A DNA stretch of 64,000 bases, taken from an uncultured virus (IMG/VR IMGVR_UViG_3300042564_002756). Its lineage: Duplodnaviria > Heunggongvirae > Uroviricota > Caudoviricetes. Position 1 is the stretch's first letter, and each line of letters opens with the position of its first letter. This document shows positions 50,412 through 60,291 of this stretch, one piece after another. The notes below the pieces were generated by a model, which saw nothing but the letters and a program-made list of their open reading frames with translations, had not been told where the DNA came from and ran no database searches. The position numbers and the translations under genes were made by a program. The stretch lies in IMG/VR virus record IMGVR_UViG_3300042564_002756, positions 62,001 to 126,000 of that record; one strand, given 5' to 3'.

Positions 50412-51440
50412 TTAAATAATTTCTTCATTTGTAGCACCAACTTTAACATACATCTTACGCTTAGGTGCTTGACCAAACTTATATGGTTGTTCAACACGAC
50501 CTTTTAATTTAGCATCGGCAGTGGCGCCACCAATCATACGTCCACGGAATTTTTCACGTGTAGAATACTTTGGATTTGCTTCGCGCTCTGCAGCTGATTT
50601 GTCTAGATAACTTTTTGCAAGTTTCTTTGAAATTTCATCAAGTTCAACTTCTTCTTTTAGTGCATTTGCTTTATCACTTAGTTTTTCAGCATATGCGCCA
50701 AGTTCTCTTGCGGGATTTATGTAATATGCAATATCTTTTGTACCATGTGATAACTGAGCATGTGCAATTTTATGTCTTTCAGCTGCTTCTTTATGTGCGG
50801 CTGCAGCGGCAGAATGTGCTCTTACATATTCAGGTGAACCCTTTGTTGATTTTTTATCATGAATCTCCATGGTGTCTTTATGAAATTCAACTGCATTCTT
50901 AAGAGCGGGAATAGCTCTTTTTACATAAGCAGCATCATATGTTTCATCAAGTTCAACTTCTTCTTTTTTGACAGCAGACATGACTTTAGAAATATTCTTT
51001 GCTAAAACTGCTGCATTATGCCCAGGTTTTGGTTTTTTAGCCTCATCAAGTTCTTCATTCTTATTTTTCCAAAACTGGTGATGTCTAGCAGCTGCTTCAA
51101 GTGCGTGCTTAGGATTAGCATGACCATACTTACTTGAAACAGACATATCTTTGGACGATGATGGACCCTTATCTCTTTCGAAGTGAATACCATATTTAGT
51201 TGCATCAGTCCTACTAGTAACAATTCTAGCACCAGGTTTTCTTTTTTCATTATATGCGGAATATGGTTCCACTGTTCCAATTTTTTCACCATTATGATGA
51301 ATTTCGTGAACAAATTTTCCTTCTGGGTGCTTTGATGTAGGCATTTTCTCTTTTGTTTTTACAAGCGAATAATCACCTGATGTAATAGCAGCCTCATCAA
51401 GTTCTATATTTTCTAAAAAGAATTTTTTAAAACTCTTCAT
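50412..51440 (-). CDS. probable internal head polyprotein with CTS-like N-terminus
   Basis: MKSFKKFFLE; four ELDE linkers. Confidence 0.6.
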   Translation of the reverse strand: MKSFKKFFLENIELDEAAITSGDYSLVKTKEKMPTSKHPEGKFVHEIHHNGEKIGTVEPYSAYNEKRKPGARIVTSRTDATKYGIHFERDKGPSSSKDMSVSSKYGHANPKHALEAAARHHQFWKNKNEELDEAKKPKPGHNAAVLAKNISKVMSAVKKEEVELDETYDAAYVKRAIPALKNAVEFHKDTMEIHDKKSTKGSPEYVRAHSAAAAAHKEAAERHKIAHAQLSHGTKDIAYYINPARELGAYAEKLSDKANALKEEVELDEISKKLAKSYLDKSAAEREANPKYSTREKFRGRMIGGATADAKLKGRVEQPYKFGQAPKRKMYVKVGATNEEII

Positions 51441-51702
51441 TTATTTTAATCCTTAATTTAGTTTTACCAGGTATAATTCTATGATAGACCATTTTTGGTA
51501 TTTCAATAATATTATTTCTATTTATAAAGAATGGTAGTTCATTATCAAATTGGAATTGCCAATCATCACCTTCAAGTATTTGTACTTTTCTAGTATTTAA
51601 ATCTCTGTGCCAGACATATTCTTCAGATTCTGTTAGTTCAGGATTAAATTCTCGGATCCATTCTGTATCTGATATTCTTGTATCTGTATATGGTTCATTC
51701 AC
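51427..51702 (-). CDS. small cupin-like protein; GTG start at 51702
   Basis: VWHRD...WQFQ...IPKMVYHRI; GGAG RBS. Confidence 0.6.
   Translation of the reverse strand: MNEPYTDTRISDTEWIREFNPELTESEEYVWHRDLNTRKVQILEGDDWQFQFDNELPFFINRNNIIEIPKMVYHRIIPGKTKLRIKINEEF
51519..51526 (-). promoter_or_regulatory. T4-type late promoter
   Basis: TATAAATA about 80 nt upstream of the 51440 start. Confidence 0.55.
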
Positions 51703-51755
51703 GTTTTCAACTCCACATATTAAACTTATAGTCCATTCTATAAAATCCTCTTGGC

Positions 51756-52301
51756 TTACCAAAAGAATGAGCCACCTCCAGAAAGACCTAGTGCTTTGGC
51801 ATACATTGGCGTTCTGCAAGCCCAGTACCCAGGCGCGGTTTTATCTGTTTTAGTAGAGCATTGATGTCTAGCAGCAAATGATTTTCTGGCCGCAGGGTCA
51901 TTAATCTTGACACTGAGACCTGTTGTATCACCCCATTGAACCTTTTTTACATTACCAGATGATGGATCTTTGACATAGACATAGAACTTCTTTTCACCGC
52001 CACGTTTTGGCTTGCCTAGTTCTACTTCACTACCTTTGTACTCTGCTTCCTGTAATGGGAAGTCTAGCGGAACAGTTTCACCTTCATATACATCAAAATC
52101 TCCAATATCAGTTTCAAGTAGGTCCTTTTCAAACCAATCTTTTGGTTCATAAGCACCTTCATTATATAGTCTCTTTGCTTCCATAAAGAGCTTGTTGCTC
52201 ATTTCAGAGTGAGGACGAAATACATTTTCATAGAAAGGTACTTCATTCTCAACATGATAGGAGATTGCTCTATTGAGAGTGTGTTCCGCTAGAGTTTTCA
52301 T
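51756..52301 (-). CDS. conserved phage protein
   Basis: KKFYVYVKDP...KKV.WGD...ARKSFAARHQC...GYWACR. Confidence 0.75.
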   Translation of the reverse strand: MKTLAEHTLNRAISYHVENEVPFYENVFRPHSEMSNKLFMEAKRLYNEGAYEPKDWFEKDLLETDIGDFDVYEGETVPLDFPLQEAEYKGSEVELGKPKRGGEKKFYVYVKDPSSGNVKKVQWGDTTGLSVKINDPAARKSFAARHQCSTKTDKTAPGYWACRTPMYAKALGLSGGGSFFW

Positions 52302-52310
52302 TTTACATCC

Positions 52311-53624
52311 TTACTTAGATCTTGGACCAATTTGTTTTTGCTTAAGGTAGGCGCCGACTCTTTGTGCTTGAGTCTGTGGTTTACTTGGAGCTCCAAAGTT
52401 TGCTTTCATGTGATCTGCTACTGCCTTTGTAATTCTATGGGCAGCACCAATAGAAATACCGGCAACAGTTTCAAGATCGTCTTTTGTTTTTGTTCCAAAG
52501 TTTTTTGCTTTATGTAGATGATCTACGATCTTATCGTGTTTTGGATCATCTTTAGGTACAAAAGTGTGTACTACATCTGAAATATTCTCGCGGTGGACTG
52601 GATCATTATAGCCTTCAGCAACTTCTTCTTTCACTGGGCCCTTATATGGTGAGAGGTGCTCATGTTTTGCTCTAACAGTGGTTGTATCATATTTGTTTTT
52701 AGGACTTGGGTGTAGTAAGTTCACGCTTCCAGTTCTAGCATAAGTAACTGTATGACGTTCACCAGCGTGCGGCCCAGCATGAACTATTACTTGATCACCT
52801 TCTTTGAACTTAATATTATGCTTAGGAACTGTTCCTCTTGCTGGAGTAGGTAAAGTATCACCAACTGGAGCCTTTTGAAATTTTTGGTTCCATGGGTTTT
52901 CAGAGAGTTGTTCAACTTCTTCAGCAACTTCTTCTTTACCAGATGCTTTATCACGGAACATCTTTTGAAGTGTTGCTTTTGCTACGCGCTCAATACCTCT
53001 AATCATGTCAGGGTTCTTGACTACTTTTCTAAGATTGTTCTTAATCTGTGAGGGATTGTCACCTTTGACATACATCTTTGGAAGACCTTCAACGTCTACT
53101 TCGTAGTCTGTTTCTTCATTCTTATAAGTTGGACTCTTATAGCCAGCTTCAGAATACCCTGGCCATTTCTTTCCTACATTTTTAGCTTTCCATGTATCTC
53201 TAAAGAATTTTTGACTAGCATATTCACGATCAGATTGATCTGCAGAAGCTGCTCTATGTATCTTACCTTGTGGACCAAGTAACGGTGCTTCATCAAGTTC
53301 AGTTTCTTCACCATACATAGAAGGATATTCAAAGCCAACATACATTGGTTCTTCTTCATCATATTCATCGGAATCAGTATCCATCATATCATCTTCCATT
53401 TCGTCTGCACTCATACTAGTGTAGACTGATGCAAGCTCTTCCTTTGCTTTCACAATTGCACTAATCTGCCAGCGCTGGATCATTGCTCCATCTTCTAGTC
53501 GCTCAAGGATATTGCTTGCTGCATAGCAAGCAATCTTCAATTCACTGATAGTCATTTCATCGGCTGGATACATTTCGCCGCCTTCATTAAATAGTTCTTC
53601 TGTGAGTTCTTTAAATCTCTTCAT
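52311..53624 (-). CDS. probable internal head polyprotein with CTS-like N-terminus
   Basis: MKRFKELTEE; ELDE, VAEE, QLSE and VAE linkers. Confidence 0.6.
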   Translation of the reverse strand: MKRFKELTEELFNEGGEMYPADEMTISELKIACYAASNILERLEDGAMIQRWQISAIVKAKEELASVYTSMSADEMEDDMMDTDSDEYDEEEPMYVGFEYPSMYGEETELDEAPLLGPQGKIHRAASADQSDREYASQKFFRDTWKAKNVGKKWPGYSEAGYKSPTYKNEETDYEVDVEGLPKMYVKGDNPSQIKNNLRKVVKNPDMIRGIERVAKATLQKMFRDKASGKEEVAEEVEQLSENPWNQKFQKAPVGDTLPTPARGTVPKHNIKFKEGDQVIVHAGPHAGERHTVTYARTGSVNLLHPSPKNKYDTTTVRAKHEHLSPYKGPVKEEVAEGYNDPVHRENISDVVHTFVPKDDPKHDKIVDHLHKAKNFGTKTKDDLETVAGISIGAAHRITKAVADHMKANFGAPSKPQTQAQRVGAYLKQKQIGPRSK

Positions 53625-53625
53625 T

Positions 53626-53826
53626 TTATCCTCTGTGTTTAAAATATTGTATTCTACGTTCTACTTTATTGAACCATTCTTTGGAAGGTTTTCCATCACC
53701 TTGATAATACTGTAAAACTTTAGAAGGATCGGATTTGCTTACAACAGCCCATTTTGTTTCGCCTTCAGGTGTTTTAACTTGTTTAAGCATTTCATCTAAT
53801 GCTAAAAATGATTTAAACGAGATCAT
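53626..53826 (-). CDS. small protein with CTS-like N-terminus
   Basis: MISFKSFLALDE. Confidence 0.65.
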   Translation of the reverse strand: MISFKSFLALDEMLKQVKTPEGETKWAVVSKSDPSKVLQYYQGDGKPSKEWFNKVERRIQYFKHRG

Positions 53827-53828
53827 CC

Positions 53829-54884
53829 TTAAAACTCCTTAATCATTTTTTCTTCGGAAGGCATCTTCATCATAGAACCATCTGCCAATTTAACATTCTT
53901 AAATCTTGTCGGATATTGGAAGAATAGGTTACCTCTGGCACTATATTTGTAAATAACACTACTTTCTAATGTAAAACTACTAGAATCTTCAAATGTAAAC
54001 TTCATGGTATTTTCTACCATTCCATTACGAATATTAGTCTTTACTATTTCGTGTGATTTAGGTTGACCTTTCTTCTGAAGGATCAAAGCAAGTTTGGAAG
54101 TATTCTTAGAAACAAACCCATCAACAATTTCGGATACATTATTCTCGATTAGTTTCTTAATTCTTGCAACTGCGTCTGGCATCTTTTCAAGATACTTCTT
54201 GCCTTCTTTTGTTCTCACAATAAAGATTGTAGTTGCAACAAGTTGGGATGTTTCATCTTTTGGTAGATCAGGACCACGAGTAATGTCACGAATATTTTCA
54301 TATGCTGTCATAATTTGACTTGTGACACTTTCCTTCAATTCAGTTTTAAATGAATCGGTGGCTTCCTGCATGAATTTAAATGCAGATTTTGTCGCATCAA
54401 ATGAAGCAAGAGGTTTTATAAATTGACCTGGTTTTGGTTCTTTCGGTGGCTTGCCTTTTTGAACATAACCTTTGATTACACTTAGTGCTTCTGGTATATC
54501 TTTTACGGAATTAAAAAATGTTTTTAATTGTGAAGGCAGATCAGTTATCTTTGCTGTATCTTTGATTGCCTTCTTAATATCACCAGCAGTATAGATTGAA
54601 TATGGTATTTTTTCAGATGCATCTCTATTGGATTGGCGATAATCTATAATTGTTTTTGAAACTATATCATATGTTAATCTGATAATATTAAGTAAACCAG
54701 ATGAAGCTTCGGTAAATCTTGCATTGTAAATTGATTTATCTTCTGCTGCCTTTATAAGTATATCTAGATATTCAACACCTTTGGTTTTATATCTATCGCT
54801 AACCATATTTAAAATAGGTTTTACTTTTGCAAGCGCGGTGCCTGCTTCAGAACTTTCAACAATATATGATTTAAATGTAAACAC
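53829..54884 (-). CDS. hypothetical protein with CTS-like N-terminus; GTG start at 54884
   Basis: (M)FTFKSYIVES; start lies just after the upstream stop codon. Confidence 0.65.
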   Translation of the reverse strand: MFTFKSYIVESSEAGTALAKVKPILNMVSDRYKTKGVEYLDILIKAAEDKSIYNARFTEASSGLLNIIRLTYDIVSKTIIDYRQSNRDASEKIPYSIYTAGDIKKAIKDTAKITDLPSQLKTFFNSVKDIPEALSVIKGYVQKGKPPKEPKPGQFIKPLASFDATKSAFKFMQEATDSFKTELKESVTSQIMTAYENIRDITRGPDLPKDETSQLVATTIFIVRTKEGKKYLEKMPDAVARIKKLIENNVSEIVDGFVSKNTSKLALILQKKGQPKSHEIVKTNIRNGMVENTMKFTFEDSSSFTLESSVIYKYSARGNLFFQYPTRFKNVKLADGSMMKMPSEEKMIKEF

Positions 54885-54885
54885 A

Positions 54886-55422
54886 TCAATCTTCCTTGTA
54901 ATATGGGTTTTTAGGATCAGTATCACCAGTTACATCCGGCCACCAATCTAATTCAAACCTTTTACCATCGGCGAACATTTTTTTCATAGATTTGATACGT
55001 GTTTCATATTCTGATTTAGAAGGAGTTATATTTCCTTCAACAACATCTATTACATACTGTATTGTAACTGCGTTAGCACTCAAACTAGCACATCTAGCAC
55101 CAACTTCACCCTTTAAATGGTCTATTAAAATACTCTCACTACTTTTAGCAAGATCATCTGATAAATCATGCGATACCTTTAAATCTACATAAGAATAAAC
55201 ATAATCATAATGTGGTAGTGGAGATGAATGTAAAATAAACTCATCTAATACTTCAATTCGTTTAAACCCATCTTTATTATACCAAATTGCTCTCTTACTG
55301 GTTAATTCGGTAGGCATACCAAAGAATTTTTGGAGCTGTTTTACGTAATTAGCAGGTTCAGTATTTTCCCACTGATTTAAAATAGAATTAGATTCTTTAA
55401 TATATTGTTTAAAACCTATCAT
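54886..55422 (-). CDS. hypothetical protein with CTS-like N-terminus
   Basis: MIGFKQYIKES. Confidence 0.65.
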   Translation of the reverse strand: MIGFKQYIKESNSILNQWENTEPANYVKQLQKFFGMPTELTSKRAIWYNKDGFKRIEVLDEFILHSSPLPHYDYVYSYVDLKVSHDLSDDLAKSSESILIDHLKGEVGARCASLSANAVTIQYVIDVVEGNITPSKSEYETRIKSMKKMFADGKRFELDWWPDVTGDTDPKNPYYKED

Positions 55423-55829
55423 ACTTTTAGCACCGGGTTTGGAGTAGAGAAGTTCTTCTTGCGCATGATAGTTTTTGCAATAACAACTAAATCATCACTT
55501 TTGCGATCATATTCAACTGCGATTGGCATATTTAGGTCACTTTGAAGATCCTTTACTACTGCCTCTGCATCTACAAATTTACTAAGTGACTTTTCACCGT
55601 GTTGATACTTCTTATAGATCTTTTGGATCATAGCAGCAAGTTCTTTCATGTCGATGCAAGGATCATTTCGTGAATCTGTCATACGCTCACGGAAGTGCTT
55701 TGTGAAGTCAAAGTCAATATTAAACTTTTCGAACATCTTGTCAACAAACTTTTCAAATGCCTTCATATGTTCGGTAGTTAGTATTGGGCATGTTTCTGCT
55801 TCTACTACAAATTGCTTAAATCTTAGCAT
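55419..55829 (-). CDS. protein with CTS-like N-terminus, possible RelE/BECR-like fold
   Basis: MLRFKQFVVE; FTKHFRER...VIAKTIMRK. Confidence 0.6.
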   Translation of the reverse strand: MLRFKQFVVEAETCPILTTEHMKAFEKFVDKMFEKFNIDFDFTKHFRERMTDSRNDPCIDMKELAAMIQKIYKKYQHGEKSLSKFVDAEAVVKDLQSDLNMPIAVEYDRKSDDLVVIAKTIMRKKNFSTPNPVLKV

Positions 55830-58498
55830 TATTCTCCGTCTCCGCTTCCGCCATCTGAACTACTACTTTTGCCACCTGGAACTGATTTTAGTTTTCCATC
55901 CATTGTTCTGATTTTTGTATTTGGTACATCAATCATCTTGCCTTCAAATCCTCTTGCTTTACCTTCGAGGAATGTTTCAAATTTTTCATCAACACTTTCA
56001 AATGCAACACCAACTTTAGTATGTTTTGCTTCTTTTTCATACTTTTTTCTCATTTTTGATGTTGCTTCGCCTGGTGTCTTTGTTTTATCAAATGAAGGGT
56101 CTGCAACAAGCTCACCGCCACCAACTGATTTAGTATCTTGTGCATCAACATCACCGTCACTATCTGTATCTTTACTTTTGAGAGCATGTTGTATCATTTG
56201 CTTTAGATTAAGACCAACACCAAGGTGGTGCTGATTGTGCTTTGAAACTAGAGCTGAAATATCAGGTGTTGCTGGTTCTACAAAGTCTGGTACAGTAGTC
56301 TTAGAGTGCTTGAGTGGTGGAACATATTTTATTTCATCTAATTCACCCGGTGTATCACTTTTTAGTATTCTAACAAGACTATCAGTACCATCTTCTCTAT
56401 TAGTAGCTTTTGATTTGTCAATGTTTATCTTGAATGATTCCCAAGCATCAACATTACTATATGCCTTTTCATAATGTTTTGCATTTTTAATTCTATGGTA
56501 AAGTTTTACAAGATCGGCTGAAGTCATTGCCATATTATGAGACTTGACTACTTTTTCCGCATGATGCGTGTGATCACCCGGACCTGCATTTTTAACAAGT
56601 TCAGAGAAATCTTTAAGAGCTTTTGCCATCTCTCTATGCTTCTTCTCACGTGCAATAATCTTATTAATGATTTCAGATGATTCTGTATTCAATGAACGGC
56701 GGGTTGAATCAACCTTACGAGCATTATCAAGCATATTCTTGTGCTTTTCAGCATCAGCATCTTTTTCTCTCGATATAGAAGCCCTTACCATATCCAGCGC
56801 ATTACCTTCTTGGACACAGTTTGGAACCATTCTATTACCTTTTTTCTTTAGACCGATTTGTTTATAACCGTCCCAGCAATCTTCCTCTACCGATTCTTTG
56901 CGAACTTTTGCTGCTAGATCAGCGTCAGCTTTGCCCCAGGTTCCAGGTCCTTTTGTTGCAAAGCTATTGACTCTGGCATAACCCCATTGTTCTGGAGTTG
57001 TTCCTGGTCTGTGACCTGTTCTCCAAGCAGCAACCCCGCGATCAAATACCTTCTTTAGAATACCATATGAAATACCAGTTTTCTCTGCCTTTTTCTTTAA
57101 ACCCTCTTTTGGTTCTTCGAATATCATTTCTACTGAATTAATAAGATCATCTAATTCTTCAAAATATACTTCGGTTGATTCATAGATATTGACTTTTGGT
57201 TTATATCGCTTAAATCTCATGTCGTGTTTGACAGTACCTTCTTTATTAAAGATTTGGTGAAATCTTTTTGTGTGCATAGAAGGTTTTGTTTTAGCACGAG
57301 CATCACCCGGTGCTGGTTTATATGCAGCAGGATTATTATCATCCATTGCGGCACCTTTATTAAAATGTGCTTGTCTTTTTGCTATCGTTGATTTTGAGAG
57401 TCCGGCATGATAGTCTTTATTTAGATTGGCGGACTCCAGCATAAAATTTTCAAGAAATATCTCGAATTGATCATCAACACTTTCAGTTTTAGATCTGGAC
57501 ATCGCGCTTATACGGTCTGATTCTGCTTTGCGTACAATTGGTAATTGTTTGGTTGCAATTCTATTAATAACTGACTGTGGTATTCTAGATAATCTTTGAT
57601 CTAGTGATAATTTTTCAGCAGATGACATGTCACCATACGATTTAGTTTTTGAAATTTTAGCACGAAGAATTGCTAGTGCTTTCTTTTGTGCCCGATCTTT
57701 GATTTTTTCTGGTGATGCTCTTCTCTTTTGTGCTCTCTTTCTTGCAGCTTCAATCTTACCATGATATCGTTTCATGACCATCGAGCGCTTGAGTCTTTGC
57801 ATAAATGTAAGAGGAGTTACCTTTTCTTCTAAGGTTTCATCTTCAAAGTCTTCCATTAATTTCATTCCCTTTAAAATTGCTTTATATACTTCTTCGGCAT
57901 GTGATTTTAATTTAGAAGGAAGTCCCTTCTTGAATGTTTCAAAGTCACCTTCTACTGCAAGTGATCTTAATTTTGAAGCAGACATTCCAGAAACATCATC
58001 TGCATCAGGATCTCTTTCACCTGCTGAGACAACATCTATAGTTTTAAAGTCAAATTCTTTGCCATTATATTTGTCAAGTAATGTCTGAAATTCTAATACT
58101 CGATCAGATCCTACTACAGCAATAAGTGTATCATATTTGCCAGACAGTTCTTTTGCTACTTCAATAATTGTTCTTGCAGTTGTCCTTTTAACTAATGACC
58201 CAAACGCAGTTTGAAGAAAGTTTATCTTTTCATCATATGTAAGTGGATTTTTCTTCTTATCATATGTATGTGATGTAAATACCATAGGATCTGCTTTACG
58301 AGAAACAGCAACATCTTTTATCTTATTTACAAGTTTTTCGTGCCCTACTGTTGGGGGTGAAAATCTTCCAAAGGTCAATACAACTGATTTATTTTTAGCT
58401 TCAGACATTGTTCTGTCACTCAATGTTGGCTCAATGTCTATATATTTCTTTGGATCAAAGCCTTTAGGATTTATTTTTTTTACTGATTTCTTTTCCAT
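55829..58498 (-). CDS. 889-aa multidomain protein: N-terminal cytidylyltransferase-like (HxGH superfamily) domain plus several phage modules
   Basis: TFGRFSPPTVGHEKL, KNPL, VVGSDR, SAGERDPDA, MSASKLR; later RGVAAWRTGHRPG...ARVNSF and CWDGY...VPNC. Confidence 0.8.
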   Translation of the reverse strand: MEKKSVKKINPKGFDPKKYIDIEPTLSDRTMSEAKNKSVVLTFGRFSPPTVGHEKLVNKIKDVAVSRKADPMVFTSHTYDKKKNPLTYDEKINFLQTAFGSLVKRTTARTIIEVAKELSGKYDTLIAVVGSDRVLEFQTLLDKYNGKEFDFKTIDVVSAGERDPDADDVSGMSASKLRSLAVEGDFETFKKGLPSKLKSHAEEVYKAILKGMKLMEDFEDETLEEKVTPLTFMQRLKRSMVMKRYHGKIEAARKRAQKRRASPEKIKDRAQKKALAILRAKISKTKSYGDMSSAEKLSLDQRLSRIPQSVINRIATKQLPIVRKAESDRISAMSRSKTESVDDQFEIFLENFMLESANLNKDYHAGLSKSTIAKRQAHFNKGAAMDDNNPAAYKPAPGDARAKTKPSMHTKRFHQIFNKEGTVKHDMRFKRYKPKVNIYESTEVYFEELDDLINSVEMIFEEPKEGLKKKAEKTGISYGILKKVFDRGVAAWRTGHRPGTTPEQWGYARVNSFATKGPGTWGKADADLAAKVRKESVEEDCWDGYKQIGLKKKGNRMVPNCVQEGNALDMVRASISREKDADAEKHKNMLDNARKVDSTRRSLNTESSEIINKIIAREKKHREMAKALKDFSELVKNAGPGDHTHHAEKVVKSHNMAMTSADLVKLYHRIKNAKHYEKAYSNVDAWESFKINIDKSKATNREDGTDSLVRILKSDTPGELDEIKYVPPLKHSKTTVPDFVEPATPDISALVSKHNQHHLGVGLNLKQMIQHALKSKDTDSDGDVDAQDTKSVGGGELVADPSFDKTKTPGEATSKMRKKYEKEAKHTKVGVAFESVDEKFETFLEGKARGFEGKMIDVPNTKIRTMDGKLKSVPGGKSSSSDGGSGDGE

Positions 58499-58531
58499 TT
58501 AAAACTCTAATATGAGGGATAATATTGTGAA

Positions 58532-58539
58532 TATTTATA
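58532..58539 (-). promoter_or_regulatory. T4-type late promoter heading the internal-protein cluster
   Basis: Intergenic TATAAATA about 34 nt upstream of the 58498 start. Confidence 0.7.
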
Positions 58540-58556
58540 ATGCATTAACTTTACAT

Positions 58557-59117
58557 TTATGATCTTAATCTTACATTTGATAATGATAAAAATTCTGTAG
58601 TAATATATGCCTTTTCTGTAGCAAAATCGTGTGGACAACCTCTATCTTTAATTCGTTTTGGATCTGTATATGTTGGAGTTTCTTTCCAGTCAAATCCATA
58701 TATATCTAAAGATGCAGGGCTAGAACTCATTATCCAATCTAATGCAATTAAACCAGTAGTTGGATTATTATGTTGTCCTGATTTTTTTCTTAGTTCTGTA
58801 TAATTTGGTATCATTGGATAAACAAAATCAGTTTGTTTTGTATTTGCGTCAAATCTTGCCTGGTGGCCTGCGTGCATTTTCTTTACTTTTGGATATTTGG
58901 AAAATTGATTCTTGTATTCACTAGTATTCCAAAATATCCAAACATCTGTCTTTTTACCATGACTTTTTTCAACATCCATTCTATCATATAGCATTGCAGC
59001 TTTATTTAGTCTTACTACTACATCATGTGAATCAATTTCTTTGCCATAATTTTTATCAAAGAGAGACATTGCGTTGCCGATAATGGCAACTGTTTTACCT
59101 TCAAACCATTCTTTCAT
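58557..59117 (-). CDS. GT29 sialyltransferase-like protein
   Basis: Sialylmotif-L-like VAIIGNA...EIDSHDVVVRLN..GKKTD; S-like PTTG...IYGFD; VS-like HDFATE. Confidence 0.8.
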   Translation of the reverse strand: MKEWFEGKTVAIIGNAMSLFDKNYGKEIDSHDVVVRLNKAAMLYDRMDVEKSHGKKTDVWIFWNTSEYKNQFSKYPKVKKMHAGHQARFDANTKQTDFVYPMIPNYTELRKKSGQHNNPTTGLIALDWIMSSSPASLDIYGFDWKETPTYTDPKRIKDRGCPHDFATEKAYITTEFLSLSNVRLRS

Positions 59118-59617
59118 TTTCTTAACTCAAAAATATTAGTATTAAAAAATTTATTTGCACAATATTTATTTTCTAATTGAAAATCGTGCCTAATGTCGTG
59201 TAGCTTAGTATCATGAAAAGATGGAGTAGCTTTCCAATCAAATCCATATACACAAACCTTTTTAGGATTATAAAGAGAAATTAAATGTAAAATTCGCAAA
59301 CCGGTTGAGGGTCTGTGGTGACCTAAATCACTTTTTAGCCATTCTATATCTATTAAAGGGCTATTTAATATTTCTATAGTATGATTACAAGTTTTTGTTG
59401 TGACCTTTTTCGGGTTCATTGTTTTAAACCAATTTAGAAACCAAACATCAGTTCTTTGGCCATGTGATTTTACATCACTTGGTTTTAACATGAAAAATCC
59501 CCGTTTAATTCTACAGACAACTTCCGAAGAGTCTATTTCGGCTCCATAATTGGTATTGAATAGACTTTTAGCATTACCAACTAGAGAGATTGTTTTACCT
59601 TCAAATAGTTCTTTCAT
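59114..59617 (-). CDS. GT29 sialyltransferase-like protein, tandem paralogue
   Basis: LVGNA...EIDSSEVVCR..GQRTD; PSTG...VYGFD; HDFQLE. Confidence 0.75.
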   Translation of the reverse strand: MKELFEGKTISLVGNAKSLFNTNYGAEIDSSEVVCRIKRGFFMLKPSDVKSHGQRTDVWFLNWFKTMNPKKVTTKTCNHTIEILNSPLIDIEWLKSDLGHHRPSTGLRILHLISLYNPKKVCVYGFDWKATPSFHDTKLHDIRHDFQLENKYCANKFFNTNIFELRK

Positions 59618-60291
59618 AGTCCTCTCTGTAAACTATAATCCATATAAATTCGTTCTCTGTGCCATTCATCTGCCATAGGTGTTGTCGCAAAATCATGGAA
59701 ACAAGGGGTGCCTAGTGTATAGTGAAGCAATTTTGCACTTTTATTTTCACCGAACTCATCTGGTAACCAGTTCCATTCAATAGGAAGTTCACCTATTAAA
59801 CTATCATCTAACCAAGAAAATCTATGTACTTGTGCACCTGTTGCATTCTGAACAAACTCCGGTGTTACTACTTTGTTTGATTCGTGTCCACAGTTCCATA
59901 ATATCACACTTGACCAATTTTTTCTAGGATAATTTTCATTTTTTGCACCAAGATATTTCTCTGCCATTCGTGTTTTATAATCATGTTTCACCACCATTGC
60001 GGCTTTCGACTCATCTCGCATGTTCCATAGTTCTGTAATATCCCCACGGAGAATCATATCACCATCTAAGAATACAGCCCACCCTTTGTAACCCATTAAA
60101 TGTGGTATTAGAAAACGACTGTATATAAAATGATTACTTCCATCTGTATGCTTTTCTTCATAACCATTCAAAAGATTTAATGAAAGTGGGTTTAAACTTA
60201 TTGGACTGGATGATAGTCTTATAATTGAATTGCTGCAAACGTGGTATGCTGTTGCTTCTCTCTTATCAAATCCTATAAAAATTGGTATCAT
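59614..60291 (-). CDS. GT-A glycosyltransferase (GT8-like)
   Basis: IFIGFDKRE, FIYSRFLIP, FLDGDM, VVKHDY, YPRKNWSS, EWNWL, HYTLGTP. Confidence 0.85.
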   Translation of the reverse strand: MIPIFIGFDKREATAYHVCSNSIIRLSSSPISLNPLSLNLLNGYEEKHTDGSNHFIYSRFLIPHLMGYKGWAVFLDGDMILRGDITELWNMRDESKAAMVVKHDYKTRMAEKYLGAKNENYPRKNWSSVILWNCGHESNKVVTPEFVQNATGAQVHRFSWLDDSLIGELPIEWNWLPDEFGENKSAKLLHYTLGTPCFHDFATTPMADEWHRERIYMDYSLQRGL

